Assembly: GCA_963745025.1 (NCBI GenBank)
Contig: CAVUWD010000011.1
Location: 128,001 to 192,000, forward strand
Reading direction: 5' to 3'
DNA length: 64,000 bases
DNA from: an uncultured delta proteobacterium
Lineage (GTDB): Bacteria; Desulfobacterota; Binatia; JACPRU01
Shown here: positions 1 through 10,549 of the stretch, in pieces
Layout of the letters: every line of letters begins with the position of its first letter
Numbering within the stretch: position 1 is the first letter of the stretch
Program-made: the position numbers and the translations under genes
Notes under the pieces: generated by a model
The model's input: the letters and a program-made list of their open reading frames with translations, nothing else
Told to the model about the DNA's origin: nothing
The model's database searches: none

Positions 1-1010
1 GCCCCGCCCAACCAGATGAGGGTCAGCAGACCGAGTGCCGTGCGCACGACTTGGGCGTGGGTCAGGCTCGAAGGCAGCAGCCGGAAGCCCTCGCCGAAGC
101 GCTGCCAGGGACCGCCGGCCAGATGGCGGCGCGCCAGCCAGAGAAGCGGCAGAAACCAGAAGAGAGAAGCCCACAGGCACACGATCGACGCCGGCCCGCC
201 GCAGCCGTATGACACGAAGATCGCCGTCAGAACGAGGCCCACGAACTCCGACCGTACGAAGACGCCGATGCCGTGATTCCACGCCCAAACGGCGACCGGC
301 GACGTCGCCGCAATCCGCGGTCGCCATGCCGCATAGCGCGCTTCGAAAACCAGAGACAAGACACCCACGTAGAGCAGCGCCGCGGCGGCGAGCTCGAGCG
401 CCACCAAGTGGCGCAGGCGAGCGCGCGCGGATCGTTCCGCCACCGTACGTCGACGCGCGACCTCGAGCTTGTCTCCGGCGGCCTCCAGAAGCTGGATCTC
501 GAGCCGGGTTGCTGCCCATCCCGGCCGCAGCGGCTCGAGCGAGCGCGGAGGGAGAGCCGTGTCGCGCGAAGAATCGGTCGCTGTGGAGCGCATCGCCTCG
601 CAGAATCCACAGGGCTCCGGCGCCCGCTCGAGGATCGCCCGCTCGCGATTGCTCTCCACGGTTCGGCCAGAATTGGCGAGCAAGAACGCCAAGTGAGCGC
701 GGAGGGTTCGCGCTTCGCGCGGTCGAGCGAGTTCTTCCAGGCGATCGATCGCCCGATAGTAGACCTGGACACCGCGCCGACGAGCCTTCTCGGGCGAGTC
801 CGCGGGCAGGCTGAGAAAACCCCACGGGCCGTCCTTGGCAGCTTTCGCCGCGTCGGCGATCTCGACGTTTCGCTCGACCATGCGGATGGTCGGACCCACT
901 TGGTCGAGAGTCCAGTCTATCGAGCCCTCTCGGGACGCCCGCCACGCCATCACCCCGACCACGACCAAGGCGAGCAGGATCGTCGCACGATCCGAGAGCG
1001 GCCGTTTCAC
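1..1010 (-). CDS. Multi-pass membrane protein, 3'-truncated at window edge (possibly CPBP/CAAX-protease family)
   Basis: Not in the ORF track. Open frame from GTG at 1010 (VKRPLSDRATILLALVVVGVMAWRA...) to the window edge with several hydrophobic helices; starts 19 bp after the last ATPase. No catalytic motif is visible in the window, so the family is a guess. Confidence 0.55.
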   Translation of the reverse strand, partial: MKRPLSDRATILLALVVVGVMAWRASREGSIDWTLDQVGPTIRMVERNVEIADAAKAAKDGPWGFLSLPADSPEKARRRGVQVYYRAIDRLEELARPREARTLRAHLAFLLANSGRTVESNRERAILERAPEPCGFCEAMRSTATDSSRDTALPPRSLEPLRPGWAATRLEIQLLEAAGDKLEVARRRTVAERSARARLRHLVALELAAAALLYVGVLSLVFEARYAAWRPRIAATSPVAVWAWNHGIGVFVRSEFVGLVLTAIFVSYGCGGPASIVCLWASLFWFLPLLWLARRHLAGGPWQRFGEGFRLLPSSLTHAQVVRTALGLLTLIWLGG

Positions 1011-1029
1011 CTCGGCTCTACGGTCCTCG

Positions 1030-2427
1030 CTAGGCGCGGCGATCCTTGCCGCTCACCTGAAACCAGGCGTTGTCGAAAGGCACCTTGCGTTCGAGCAGCA
1101 GCTCACGGCTCTTCGGCACGTAGCCGGTGGCGCGAAACACGGCGTCCTTGCCGACCCCGTCCAAGCGAAAGAGCTCTCCCATCGTGAACTGGTCGCCCTC
1201 GAGCCCGGTCAGCTCGGCGATCGACGTGACGCGCCGGCTGCCGTCCCGTAAACGGCTCAATTGCACGATCAGGCGGATGGCGCTCACCACCTGCTCGCGG
1301 ATCGCGCGCTGCGGGAGATCGGTGCCCGCGAATAGCACCAACGTCTCGAGGCGGCTGAGGGCCTCGCGCGTGGAGTTGGCGTGAATCGTCGACAAGCTCC
1401 CCTCGTGGCCAGTATTCATCGCCTGAAGCATGTCGAGGGCCTCGCCGCCGCGGACTTCACCAATGACGATTCGCTCCGGCCGCATGCGCAGGGCGTTGCG
1501 GACCAAGTCACGAATCGTCACGGCCCCCTCGCCGCCCGGGTCGGGCGGCCGCGCCTCGAGCGGCACGACGTGACGCTGCGGAAGTCGCAGCTCGGCGGCA
1601 TCTTCGATCGTGATGATCCGCTCTTCGGGACCGATGAAGCCGGCGAGCGCGCCCAAGAGCGTCGTCTTTCCCGAGCCGGTGCCGCCGGAGATCAGCATCG
1701 AGAGCCGTCCGGTGACCGCCGAGCGCAGAAATTCCAGCATCGGGCGGCTGAGCGCGCCGATCGACACGAGCTGCTCGGCGGACAGCCGATGGCGGGGAAA
1801 ACGGCGGACCGTCAGGCACGCGCCGCGGAGCGAGAGCGGCGGCATGATCGCGTTGATTCGCGAGCCGTCGCGTAACCGTGCGTCGAGCATCGGGCTGCGC
1901 GGGTCGATCTCGCGCCCCACCGCGGCCGCCATCGCGACGATCAGATCCGTGAGCTCCTTCTCCGAACCGAACGTCACCTCGCTCAGCTCGATCCGGCCGC
2001 CCCGTTCGATGAAGACCTCGTGCGGGCCGTTGACCATGACCTCGCTGATCGTTTCGTCGGCGAAGAGCGGTTCGAGGCGCCCCAGGTCGAACCCGAGAGA
2101 CGCTGGCCCGGCCGGCGGAGGAGCGGGGCTCGCTTCTGCCGCAGGGGCGACCCGCTGGAGCGTGAACGGCCCGATGCACAAATCCTCCCCCGGAGGGAAT
2201 TCGACGCGACCGGTCACCGGCCTTCCGCCGAGGGTCGAGCCATTGGTACTGTCCAGGTCTTCGACGAAGACCTTGCCGTTCTCGACGCTCAGTCGCGCGT
2301 GGCGGCGGGAAACCTTGGAGTCCTGCAAGACGACGTCGCAGTCGGCATGCTTGCCGAAGAAGATCTCGGGCCGGTCGATCTCGACCCGCTGCGGCTCCTC
2401 GCCCTCGCGCCGAATCGTGAGGATCAC
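1030..2427 (-). CDS. cpaF: FHA-domain CpaF/TadA family pilus ATPase (paralog 3 in operon order)
   Basis: N-terminal FHA (FGK..DCDVVL.D..VSRRHA...DLDSTNGS); Walker [10 protein letters not shown], Asp box IEDAAEL, Walker B IVIGEVRG, His box [15 protein letters not shown]. Confidence 0.92.
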   Translation of the reverse strand: MILTIRREGEEPQRVEIDRPEIFFGKHADCDVVLQDSKVSRRHARLSVENGKVFVEDLDSTNGSTLGGRPVTGRVEFPPGEDLCIGPFTLQRVAPAAEASPAPPPAGPASLGFDLGRLEPLFADETISEVMVNGPHEVFIERGGRIELSEVTFGSEKELTDLIVAMAAAVGREIDPRSPMLDARLRDGSRINAIMPPLSLRGACLTVRRFPRHRLSAEQLVSIGALSRPMLEFLRSAVTGRLSMLISGGTGSGKTTLLGALAGFIGPEERIITIEDAAELRLPQRHVVPLEARPPDPGGEGAVTIRDLVRNALRMRPERIVIGEVRGGEALDMLQAMNTGHEGSLSTIHANSTREALSRLETLVLFAGTDLPQRAIREQVVSAIRLIVQLSRLRDGSRRVTSIAELTGLEGDQFTMGELFRLDGVGKDAVFRATGYVPKSRELLLERKVPFDNAWFQVSGKDRRA

Positions 2428-2433
2428 GCCGCC

Positions 2434-3933
2434 CTACCGCACCGCTTTCTGCGGCTGTACCGTGAGCGCGCGGTCGCGGTAACGGGCGGGAACTTTGTCC
2501 ATGTCGTCGAGAACGACCGTCCGCCCGTTGTCATCCTTGTAGATGATGAGCAGCGTATCGGTGCCCGCCATTCCCGCCTTCAGGTGCGCTTCGGTTTCGC
2601 GCAGGCGTGCCTCGATGTCCGGATCCTGGCCTTCCGCGGCTCGCGAAGCTTTGCGGTAATTCTCGAGCGCCACCCAGAGGTCCCCACCGTCGCGGGCCTG
2701 GTCGCCGCGGTCGACGTAGTACGAGAGCGCCTTCTGAACGCGGTCGCGCGCCGCTGGGCTCAACGGGTCGATCTTCAGCGCCTCGCGATAACGCAGCAGC
2801 GCATTGTTACCGGCGGGCTCGACGACCTGGCCCTTCTGGTAGAGCTCGTCGCCCCTCGCGATGGCCGCGTTCACCTGGTCCTCGAGCGCCTTCCGCTTCG
2901 CCAGCTCGGTCCGGCGCTGTTCCTCCTCCCGTGCGCGACGCTGCTTGTCGCGCTCGAGGTCGATCGTTTTCATCCCTGCGAGCGCCTTCTCGTTTCCGGG
3001 GTCGAGCGCCAGGACCTCGTTGAACTTCGCGAAGGCGTTCTCGGCGTCGGGTTGATCCGTCGGCGCAAACAGCCGTCCCTCCTTCATCAAGACCTCGCCG
3101 GCGGCGAGCAACGCATCGACCTGCTTCCTGCGCTGCTCCTGTGAGCTCGTCTTGGGAGACGGCGGCTGAACCACGACCTTTTGCGGAGCACCGCTCGGCC
3201 AAAGGAGCAGAGCGAGCACGACGACCACGATCCCGCCGATCGCGAGGTAGAGGCGGCGCTCGGGCGCGAGCAAGCGAGTGAGCGCGGAAGCGGCGAACTC
3301 CTCGTCGGAGAACTCGGAAGAAAAGACTTCGCCGCTGCGCACCAACCGCAGCACGATGTCGCCGATCTTCACGAGATCGCCGACTCTCATCTTCGCGGAG
3401 CTCACCGTGCGGCCTCCGGAAAAAGCGATCGATCCTGCGGCGCCGAGGTTTTGGATCTCGAAATCGTCGCCGCGCCGGGTGAGCTTCGCGTGTGCCCCTT
3501 CGATGCCCGCAATCACGATGTGGCACGTCGGATTCGAGCCGATCAGCGCACCGTCTTCGGGAATCACGAAGCGCCGCCCGCGGCTCTGACCGGAGAGACA
3601 CACGATCTCGTAACCACTCGCCGCGGTCGGAGCGGCTTCGGCCGTCCCCGTCGCGCGGACCATCGTACGTTCACCCTCCGTCGCTCCGCTGGAGGGCGCA
3701 CCCCCCCGCCGAGGGGCGACGAGCGTCTTGTCTGCGTCGGCAGCGGGAGCCGGGGCGGTCGGCGTCTTTGGCGGCCGAGTCATGACGACCGTCTTGTCGC
3801 CCGCAGCGGGCGCCTCGGTGGGGCGGGCGCCGGCCGTTTGCGCCGGGTCGGATGCCGAAGACGGCCCGGGCCTCGGAATGTCGACTTTCGTCTTGTCCGG
3901 ATCGAAGTCCGGCGCCTTCTTCTCGTCTGCCAA
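2434..3933 (-). CDS. FHA-domain bitopic membrane protein with TPR-like repeats and C-terminal DUF4124-like segment
   Basis: Pro/Thr-rich N-terminus, degenerate FHA (LIGSNPTCHIVI...AHAKL...IQNLG), one TM helix, helical repeats (ALDPGNEKA, KIDPLSPAA), C-terminal YKDDNGRTVVLDDMDKVPARYR. TTG start preceded by AGGAG. Confidence 0.75.
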   Translation of the reverse strand: MADEKKAPDFDPDKTKVDIPRPGPSSASDPAQTAGARPTEAPAAGDKTVVMTRPPKTPTAPAPAADADKTLVAPRRGGAPSSGATEGERTMVRATGTAEAAPTAASGYEIVCLSGQSRGRRFVIPEDGALIGSNPTCHIVIAGIEGAHAKLTRRGDDFEIQNLGAAGSIAFSGGRTVSSAKMRVGDLVKIGDIVLRLVRSGEVFSSEFSDEEFAASALTRLLAPERRLYLAIGGIVVVVLALLLWPSGAPQKVVVQPPSPKTSSQEQRRKQVDALLAAGEVLMKEGRLFAPTDQPDAENAFAKFNEVLALDPGNEKALAGMKTIDLERDKQRRAREEEQRRTELAKRKALEDQVNAAIARGDELYQKGQVVEPAGNNALLRYREALKIDPLSPAARDRVQKALSYYVDRGDQARDGGDLWVALENYRKASRAAEGQDPDIEARLRETEAHLKAGMAGTDTLLIIYKDDNGRTVVLDDMDKVPARYRDRALTVQPQKAVR

Positions 3934-3977
3934 AACGATTCTCCTCGCGATCGGCTGCGAACCGCCCCCGAGCGCAA

Positions 3978-5555
3978 TCAGTGTTCTACGTGCTTTTGCT
4001 CGAGGGCTTCTCTTGCGCCCGGTCGCTTCGCGAGCTCGACGAGCGACGGCGGCAGGACGAGGCCGGCGAGCTCGATCTCCTCCAGAAAGGTCGGCAGATT
4101 TCCAACCGCTCGGTGCTCTCCGACAATGCGATCTTTGTCGGTGCCGGTGCGGACGAAGCGGTAGATGTCCTGCACCCGGTATCGTCCCTCGGGCGAGAGT
4201 TCCAGCACCTCCGAAATGTGCGTGATCTTACGCGTACCGTCCGGCAGCCGCGCCGCTTGGATGATGAGGTCGATCGCCGTCGAGACCTGCTCGCGGATCG
4301 CCACGATCGGCAAATCGAGACCCGAGAACAGCGTCAACGTCTCGAGCCGCGACAGTGTCTGGAGCGGCGACGAAGCGTGAATCGTCGCGAGCGAGCCGGA
4401 GTGGCCGGTGTTCATCGCCTGCAGGAGATCGAGCGCCTCGCCGCCGCGCACTTCGCCGACGACGATGCGATCGGGCCGCAGACGCAGAGAGGCTTTGACG
4501 AGGTCGCGTAGGGTCACCTCGCCCTTCCCGTGCTTGTCCGGCGGCTTGGCTTCCAGGGGCAATACGTGCTCTTGCTGGAGCTGGAGCTCCGCGGAGTCCT
4601 CGATCACGAGGATCCGTTGATCGTTCGGGATCAGCGCCGAGACCACGTTCAGAAGACTCGTCTTTCCCGAGCTCGTGCCCCCCGACACGATGATGTTCTT
4701 GCGGAGCTTCACGCAGATATCGAGAAAGGAGACGATTTCCTCGCTGAGCGAGCCGAAGCGGATGAGATCCGTCAGCGTCAGGCGCTCCTTGGAGAACTTG
4801 CGGATCGAGATGCACGGCCCTTTTCGCGAGCACGGCGGCAGCACGACCGCGACGCGCGATCCGTCGGGCAGGCGCGCGTCCATGTACGGGGTCTCCTCGT
4901 TCACCCGCTTGCCGACGTACTGCGCGATGTTCATGACCGCCGCGCGCAGCCCTTCCTCAGCAAAATGGACGGGCGCCCGCTCGAGCCTTCCCTTGCGCTC
5001 GATGAAGATCTCTCGCGGTCCGTTGACCAGGATTTCCGAGACCGCGGCGTCGTCGACGTACGGCCAGACCGGAGCCAGGAAGCTCTGCATCGAGGCCCAG
5101 AACATCTTCGCCTTCTTGGCCTCGTCGGTCTCAGTGTCCTTGCCGTCGGCTTTCGGGGCGGCCTCCACTTTCGCGGAGGAGGGCGCTGCGGTGAGGGACG
5201 AGCCGTCGGACTTCTTGTTCTTCGCCGGTTCTGCCGCCGGCACGGCTGCCGTCGCCTTCTTCGCCTCCGCGATTTCGACCCGCACCTCGAAGTCGCCGAT
5301 TTGAATGACGTCTCCCGCGCGGACCGGCTGAAGTCCCGAAACCGGCGCTCCTCCGAGATAGGTGCCGTTGGTGCTCTTCAGATCCTCGACGAGAAAGCCG
5401 CCATTCTCCTCGACGAGGCGGGCATGACGGCGCGACACCTTGGCGCTGGCCAGAACGACGTCGCAATCCGAATGTTTTCCGAGAAACACCTCGGGCTTCG
5501 GGATCTCGACCCGGCGGGGCTCCGGGTTCTTCGGGTCTGACACGAGTAGAATCAT
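3978..5555 (-). CDS. cpaF: FHA-domain CpaF/TadA family pilus ATPase (paralog 2)
   Basis: FHA (LGKHSDCDVVL...VSRRHA...DLKSTNGT); Walker A GGTSSGKTS, IEDSAEL, IVVGEVRG, MNTGHSGSLATIHA. Confidence 0.92.
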   Translation of the reverse strand: MILLVSDPKNPEPRRVEIPKPEVFLGKHSDCDVVLASAKVSRRHARLVEENGGFLVEDLKSTNGTYLGGAPVSGLQPVRAGDVIQIGDFEVRVEIAEAKKATAAVPAAEPAKNKKSDGSSLTAAPSSAKVEAAPKADGKDTETDEAKKAKMFWASMQSFLAPVWPYVDDAAVSEILVNGPREIFIERKGRLERAPVHFAEEGLRAAVMNIAQYVGKRVNEETPYMDARLPDGSRVAVVLPPCSRKGPCISIRKFSKERLTLTDLIRFGSLSEEIVSFLDICVKLRKNIIVSGGTSSGKTSLLNVVSALIPNDQRILVIEDSAELQLQQEHVLPLEAKPPDKHGKGEVTLRDLVKASLRLRPDRIVVGEVRGGEALDLLQAMNTGHSGSLATIHASSPLQTLSRLETLTLFSGLDLPIVAIREQVSTAIDLIIQAARLPDGTRKITHISEVLELSPEGRYRVQDIYRFVRTGTDKDRIVGEHRAVGNLPTFLEEIELAGLVLPPSLVELAKRPGAREALEQKHVEH

Positions 5556-6964
5556 CGTAGGCGCCCTAGCTCCTCGAGCGTTGCATTATACGCGGCCAGC
5601 GCCCCTCCTCCCAACCGCTGGACCCGGCTTTGGATGATTCGATAGCGGGGATCGGTCGGCTCTGGAAACGTCTTCGCGGCGATGGCCAGTGCGCGACCCT
5701 GCTCGGCTGCCGCTCCTTGCTTGCCCGCGAGCGTGGCCGCGTTCAGCTGCATACGCAAGTCGCGCTCGAGATCCTGCGCGAGCGATTGCATCGCTTTAGT
5801 GACCGCCACAAGGGCCTTTGCGGCTTGGCCCGCGTCCACGTCGGCGCGCGCGGCATCGATCAGCTCGCCGAGCTTCTGCTGCTGGGAAGGGACGGTGGTC
5901 TCAGGGAGAGGGATGAGGAGGAAGCTTTTTCCCGACGTCTTCATGAGACCGAAGGCGGAAACGCGGAGTGAACTCAATAGGTTATAGCGGTTCGAGAGAT
6001 CGTACTGCAGGCGATCGGAGATCGTGCGCTGGGCGGCGAGGTCGTCGGAGAGCTGCGCGGGAGAGGACGCGGCGGTGGGCAGACGCACCATCCACATGCT
6101 TCCCAGCCCCCACGACTTGACGCTCTTCGGGTCGACGCTACCATCGCTCGGCGCGTAGCCGAGGTTGTCGAACGTCAGGAGGAGGGTCGCGTCTTGACCG
6201 AAAGCCTTCGGGAGCAAGAGCAGCTCGTACGATTGCTGCTTCCCGTCCTTCGGCAGCGTCGCAACTGCCCGGTCTCCGACACGAATCTCGACGCCCGACG
6301 GCGCCATGACCGTGAAGTCGATCGCGAGACCGTCGAGCTGGGCGGGAACCGCGAAGACGGCTTTATCGAGGTGGCTTCGGTCCCGCGGCAGGTACCCGAA
6401 GACCGCGTCGTAATTGACGCTCAATCGCCCACTCGCCTGCGGAGGCAGCTGCTCCGCCTCGGGCCACAGTAGGATCGCCGCGGCGACCACGAGGACGGCG
6501 ACAAGCAGAAGTTGGCTGCGACGCGATCCGAGTCCGACCTTCCCGAGCAGCCCGCCTGCCGGCGCCGGCTTCGCACCCGGTGACTTCTGGGCCTTTGCGG
6601 CCGCCTCGCGCTCGACCGCCCGCTTCTGCGCTCCCTTTTTGGCCACGATCTCGAAGCGCAGAATCGTATTGCCGATCTTGAACTCGTCTCCCGAGGCGAG
6701 CGGCTCGGCATTCGCGCCTACTTTGAAACCCATCTTCTCGACGCCGGTACTGCTGCCGGCATCGGCGAGCCAGCATCCGTCAGCGCGGATGTCGATCCGG
6801 GCGTGGTGACGCGAGACCGTGGGATCGCTGATCACGATGTCATTGTCCACCGCGCGGCCGACGCCGATCGAACGAACGCCTGGCTTGAACGGGATTTTCG
6901 AACCGGGGTTCGCTCCCTTCACCACCGAGACGCGGAATTCTTCCAGATCCTCGAACGCGAGCAT
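5552..6964 (-). CDS. FHA-domain bitopic membrane protein with periplasmic domain of unknown function
   Basis: FHA (VGRAVDNDIVISDPTVSRHHA...DAGSSTG), one TM (LLLVAVLVVAAAILLW); stop overlaps the next start by 4 bp. Confidence 0.8.
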   Translation of the reverse strand: MLAFEDLEEFRVSVVKGANPGSKIPFKPGVRSIGVGRAVDNDIVISDPTVSRHHARIDIRADGCWLADAGSSTGVEKMGFKVGANAEPLASGDEFKIGNTILRFEIVAKKGAQKRAVEREAAAKAQKSPGAKPAPAGGLLGKVGLGSRRSQLLLVAVLVVAAAILLWPEAEQLPPQASGRLSVNYDAVFGYLPRDRSHLDKAVFAVPAQLDGLAIDFTVMAPSGVEIRVGDRAVATLPKDGKQQSYELLLLPKAFGQDATLLLTFDNLGYAPSDGSVDPKSVKSWGLGSMWMVRLPTAASSPAQLSDDLAAQRTISDRLQYDLSNRYNLLSSLRVSAFGLMKTSGKSFLLIPLPETTVPSQQQKLGELIDAARADVDAGQAAKALVAVTKAMQSLAQDLERDLRMQLNAATLAGKQGAAAEQGRALAIAAKTFPEPTDPRYRIIQSRVQRLGGGALAAYNATLEELGRLR

Positions 6965-6980
6965 CCTCTCCCCGCTACGC

Positions 6981-7880
6981 TCAGAAGCCTCCAGTCAACT
7001 GGTAACGCAGATAAATCGGCACGAATAGAACGATGAACGACGCCGGAAAGATGCACGCGATGAGTGGCGCCATGAGCTTGACGGGCACCTTGCCGGCCGC
7101 CTCCTCGGCGAGCGTCCACCGCTTGACCCGCATCTGATCGGCCATGGTGCGCAGCGTCGCCGCGACGCTCGCGCCGAGCTGCTCGGCTTGAAGCAGCGCC
7201 AGGACGAAGCTGCGAATCTCGGTGAGATCCACGCGGTCGGCGAGGGCGCGAAGCGAATCGCCGCGCGGCTTTCCGAGCGTGACCTCTTGGTGCGCGATCC
7301 GGAACTCGTCGATGAGCGGACCGGTTGGACCCTTGTCGACGACCGTCGCCATGGCGGAGGCGAAATCGAGGCCCGCCTCCGTCGAAAGAATGAGTAGATC
7401 CAGCGCATACGGCAGGTCCCGGAAGATCCGTCGCATGCGCCGGTTGAGGACCTGGTTCAGCCGCATGACCGGATAGAAGAATCCGAAGAGAGTGATCGGC
7501 CCGACGATCGTCCAGTTGATCTCTCCCGAAATCTGCACCGACAGCGCGTAGCCGAGGGCGAAGCCGATCACCACCCCGACGTAGCGGAGCGCCAGGAATT
7601 CGGGGACCGTCATCCCGAAGGGGCGACCCGCTTGCCTGAGCTTCTTGTCGAGTGCCTGGCCCGAGGCACGGTTCAGGGCGTTCTTGTGAAGCGGCGCGAG
7701 AGCGCGCGCGATCGGCAGCACAAGACGCATGACGGCGTTCGCGATCGGGATCTCGCGATCCGCAGCCTCGCTCACGACTTCCTCGGTCGGGCGCGCAGAC
7801 AGGACCAAGAAGCTCACCAGAAAGACGGCGAGCCCGCCGCACGCAAGCGCCAAGTAGAGCATCATTTCGCCGGACTCCAT
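6981..7880 (-). CDS. tadC: TadC inner-membrane platform protein (T2SS-F family)
   Basis: DLPYALDLLILSTEAGLDF...AEEAAGKVPVKLMAPLIACIFPA pattern; follows tadB. Confidence 0.9.
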   Translation of the reverse strand: MESGEMMLYLALACGGLAVFLVSFLVLSARPTEEVVSEAADREIPIANAVMRLVLPIARALAPLHKNALNRASGQALDKKLRQAGRPFGMTVPEFLALRYVGVVIGFALGYALSVQISGEINWTIVGPITLFGFFYPVMRLNQVLNRRMRRIFRDLPYALDLLILSTEAGLDFASAMATVVDKGPTGPLIDEFRIAHQEVTLGKPRGDSLRALADRVDLTEIRSFVLALLQAEQLGASVAATLRTMADQMRVKRWTLAEEAAGKVPVKLMAPLIACIFPASFIVLFVPIYLRYQLTGGF

Positions 7881-7987
7881 CGGCCCTCCTCACTCAGCGC
7901 GGCGTCGCCGCAACCGCAAGGCGCGACGGGGACGATGCCTCGTATCTCATACATTCGTCTAAGAACGCGAATTCCTACCGTACTAAC

Positions 7988-8839
7988 TCAGACGTCGAGA
8001 TCCATGACGCGACGGATCCAAATGAAGGCCACGACCGACAGCGCGATGACGACGGACATCGCCAGGAGGCCGATCGTCGTCGAGAAGAGCAGCCGCACGT
8101 GCAGCGGCTCGAGAAAATAAAGGGCGACGACGAGCGCGAACGGCATCGCCGACATGACGAGCGCCTGCATGTTGGCCGTCGCCGCGAGCGCCCGCACTTT
8201 GCCTTCGATGCGGATCCGCTCGCGGATCCCCTGCGCGATCGTCCCGAAGATCTCGGCGACGTTTCCTCCGCTGCGCCGCGTGATCATGATCGCGTTCACG
8301 AGCACGTCGAGGTCGCGACTGCCGATCCGCCGCGCCGCGTTCAAGAAGGCCTCGTCGAAGTCGCTCCCCAAGCGGTACTCCTGCAGCACGCGCCCGAACT
8401 CCTGGGTGATCGGCGGCTTCATCTCGTGAACGAGGAGCTCCATCGCCTGCGGCAGGTTCAATCCGGCCTTGAGCGAGTTGGCGAGCAGCCCGAGACCGTC
8501 GACGAGCTGGAGATCGAAGGCCACGCGGCGCCGATCGCGCACGATGTTGAACAGCATCCGCGGCGCGAAGAATGCTCCGGTCGCGAACAGCAGGCCCGCG
8601 ATCATGTTGATCGCCAGCGAAACGAGAACGAACGCGATGCCGGCGGCGAGCATGCTCACCTGGAAGAGCCGCTCGGGCGGGAAGGCCGAGAACACCTGGG
8701 CGAGCGTAGCCTCGGCCTCCGCGACGTATTCCTTGCGGTAGTCCTCGTAGGCGCCACCGGCCACCCACCAGCTCGTCCACACCAACGCCGCGGCCGCACC
8801 GCCCCCGAGCACGTAGAGGACAAGTTCCATGGGACTCAT
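7988..8839 (-). CDS. tadB: TadB inner-membrane platform protein (T2SS-F family)
   Basis: QLVDGLGLLANSLKAGLNLPQA...PPITQEF...SGGNVAEIF...RERIRIEGKVRAL. Confidence 0.9.
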   Translation of the reverse strand: MSPMELVLYVLGGGAAAALVWTSWWVAGGAYEDYRKEYVAEAEATLAQVFSAFPPERLFQVSMLAAGIAFVLVSLAINMIAGLLFATGAFFAPRMLFNIVRDRRRVAFDLQLVDGLGLLANSLKAGLNLPQAMELLVHEMKPPITQEFGRVLQEYRLGSDFDEAFLNAARRIGSRDLDVLVNAIMITRRSGGNVAEIFGTIAQGIRERIRIEGKVRALAATANMQALVMSAMPFALVVALYFLEPLHVRLLFSTTIGLLAMSVVIALSVVAFIWIRRVMDLDV

Positions 8840-8842
8840 CGC

Positions 8843-10549
8843 TCACGCCTCCTCGGACTGGAAGATCGTCAAATCGGGCTGAATGCCTCGCTGGCGAAGG
8901 CGCTCGTAGAAGCGCGGAATGTAACCGGTCGGCACGTGACGGCCGACCACCTTGCCCTTTGCGTCGAACCCGTCCTGCTTGAAGAAGAAGATGTCCTGGA
9001 TCTGGACCTGGTCACTGTCGATGCCGGTGACTTCGGAGATCGAGGTGACTTTGCGGGTACCGTCCGAGAAGCGCGTCTGCTGCAGAATGATGTGCACGGC
9101 GGAGGAGATCTGATCGCGGATCGCCCGAACCGGCAGGTCCATTCCCGCCATCAGCACGAGGGTCTCGAGCCGCGCGACGGCGTCCCGAGGCGAGTTCGCG
9201 TGCAGCGTGGTCATCGAGCCGTCGTGGCCGGTGTTCATCGCTTGCAGCATGTCGAGCGCCTCGCCGCTGCGGCATTCGCCGACGATGATGCGGTCGGGCC
9301 GCATGCGCAGCGAGTTGCGCACGAGGTCGCGGATCGTGATCGCGCCCACCCCCTCGAGGTTCGGCGGCCGCGTCTCGAGCGACACGACGTGGTCCTGCTG
9401 AAGCTTCAGCTCGGCCGAGTCCTCGACGGTGACGACCCGTTCGTCGTTCGGGATGAAATTCGAGAGCACGTTCAGCAGCGTCGTCTTTCCGGACCCCGTA
9501 CCGCCCGAGACGACCGTGTTCTGACGCAGCTCGACGGCGAGCTTCAGGAAGTTCGCCATCCCACGCGTGAGCGCAGCGAATCGCACCAGGTCGTCGATCT
9601 GGAGCGGAACCTTGTTGAATTTGCGGATGGTGATCGACGGGCCCTTCAGCGCAAGCGGCGGGATGATCGCGTTCACGCGCGACCCGTCCTTCAGCCTCGC
9701 ATCGACCATCGGCGAGGATTCGTCGATGCGCCGGCCGATCGCGGACACGATGCGCTCGATTGCGGCGAGCACCGCTTGGTTGCTGGTGAACTTTTTCTCG
9801 GAGAGCACGAGCTTTCCGCGCTGCTCGATGTAGATCTGGTCGAATCGATTGACCATGATCTCGGTCACTTCGTCGTCCGCGAGAAGGTCTTCGAGCGGGC
9901 CGAGACCGAGCGCCTCGTCGATGATCTCCTTGACGAGGCTTTCTCGGGAGAGGCCCGGCGGGATCTCCCAGGCGAACTCGCGGAGGATGTTCTCGACCGC
10001 CGCGCGCGTCTGCGCCCGGATGTCCGCGTCCTTGAGCTTGCTCAGGTCGACCCAGCGGAGGTCGAGGAACTCGAGCAGTCGCTTGTGCAGGCGGCCCTTG
10101 ATCTCGCGGACAGGGTCGCCACCGGGCTCGGCGGCCGTCGCGGCTGCCGCCGGCGTCGCCGCTTCGGCAGGTCGAGCCCCGATGAGGGTCACGTCGCCCT
10201 CCGCAGCTGCGGCGGCTCCGCCAGCGACGACGAGCCGTAGGCGAAATTCCCCGATCTCGAAGCAATCGCCGTCCCGGACCGGCGTCGGCTGCGCGATTAC
10301 GGCCCCGTTCAGAACGGTGCCGTTCGTGCTCTTCGAGTCTTCGAGCATCCACGAACCGTCGTTTCGGAACAAACGCGCATGGCGCGACGACACCGCAGCG
10401 CTCGCGAGGACCAGATCGTTGGTCGGCGCACGGCCGATCGAAATTTCACTGCTTTCGAAGCACTGCGACCGAACCGGACTTCCTGCTTCGTCTTCGACCC
10501 GTAGCTCTATCATCCGTGTTGACCCGTCCCGCCCGTCATTTCGGTTCAC
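8843..10549 (-). CDS. cpaF: FHA-domain CpaF/TadA family pilus ATPase (paralog 1, full length; alternative start 10513)
   Basis: FHA ([11 protein letters not shown]...VSSRHA...DSKSTNGT), CpaF N-terminal helical part ([26 protein letters not shown]), [31 protein letters not shown]. Confidence 0.93.
   Translation of the reverse strand: MNRNDGRDGSTRMIELRVEDEAGSPVRSQCFESSEISIGRAPTNDLVLASAAVSSRHARLFRNDGSWMLEDSKSTNGTVLNGAVIAQPTPVRDGDCFEIGEFRLRLVVAGGAAAAAEGDVTLIGARPAEAATPAAAATAAEPGGDPVREIKGRLHKRLLEFLDLRWVDLSKLKDADIRAQTRAAVENILREFAWEIPPGLSRESLVKEIIDEALGLGPLEDLLADDEVTEIMVNRFDQIYIEQRGKLVLSEKKFTSNQAVLAAIERIVSAIGRRIDESSPMVDARLKDGSRVNAIIPPLALKGPSITIRKFNKVPLQIDDLVRFAALTRGMANFLKLAVELRQNTVVSGGTGSGKTTLLNVLSNFIPNDERVVTVEDSAELKLQQDHVVSLETRPPNLEGVGAITIRDLVRNSLRMRPDRIIVGECRSGEALDMLQAMNTGHDGSMTTLHANSPRDAVARLETLVLMAGMDLPVRAIRDQISSAVHIILQQTRFSDGTRKVTSISEVTGIDSDQVQIQDIFFFKQDGFDAKGKVVGRHVPTGYIPRFYERLRQRGIQPDLTIFQSEEA

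Noticed and set aside
8099-10240. 713-aa plus-strand ORF and similar long antisense ORFs (21675-23207, 23020-24693, 31399-32910, 41937-43964, 53251-54624)
   Set aside because: Shadow frames opposite well-supported genes in high-GC DNA; no recognisable motifs.
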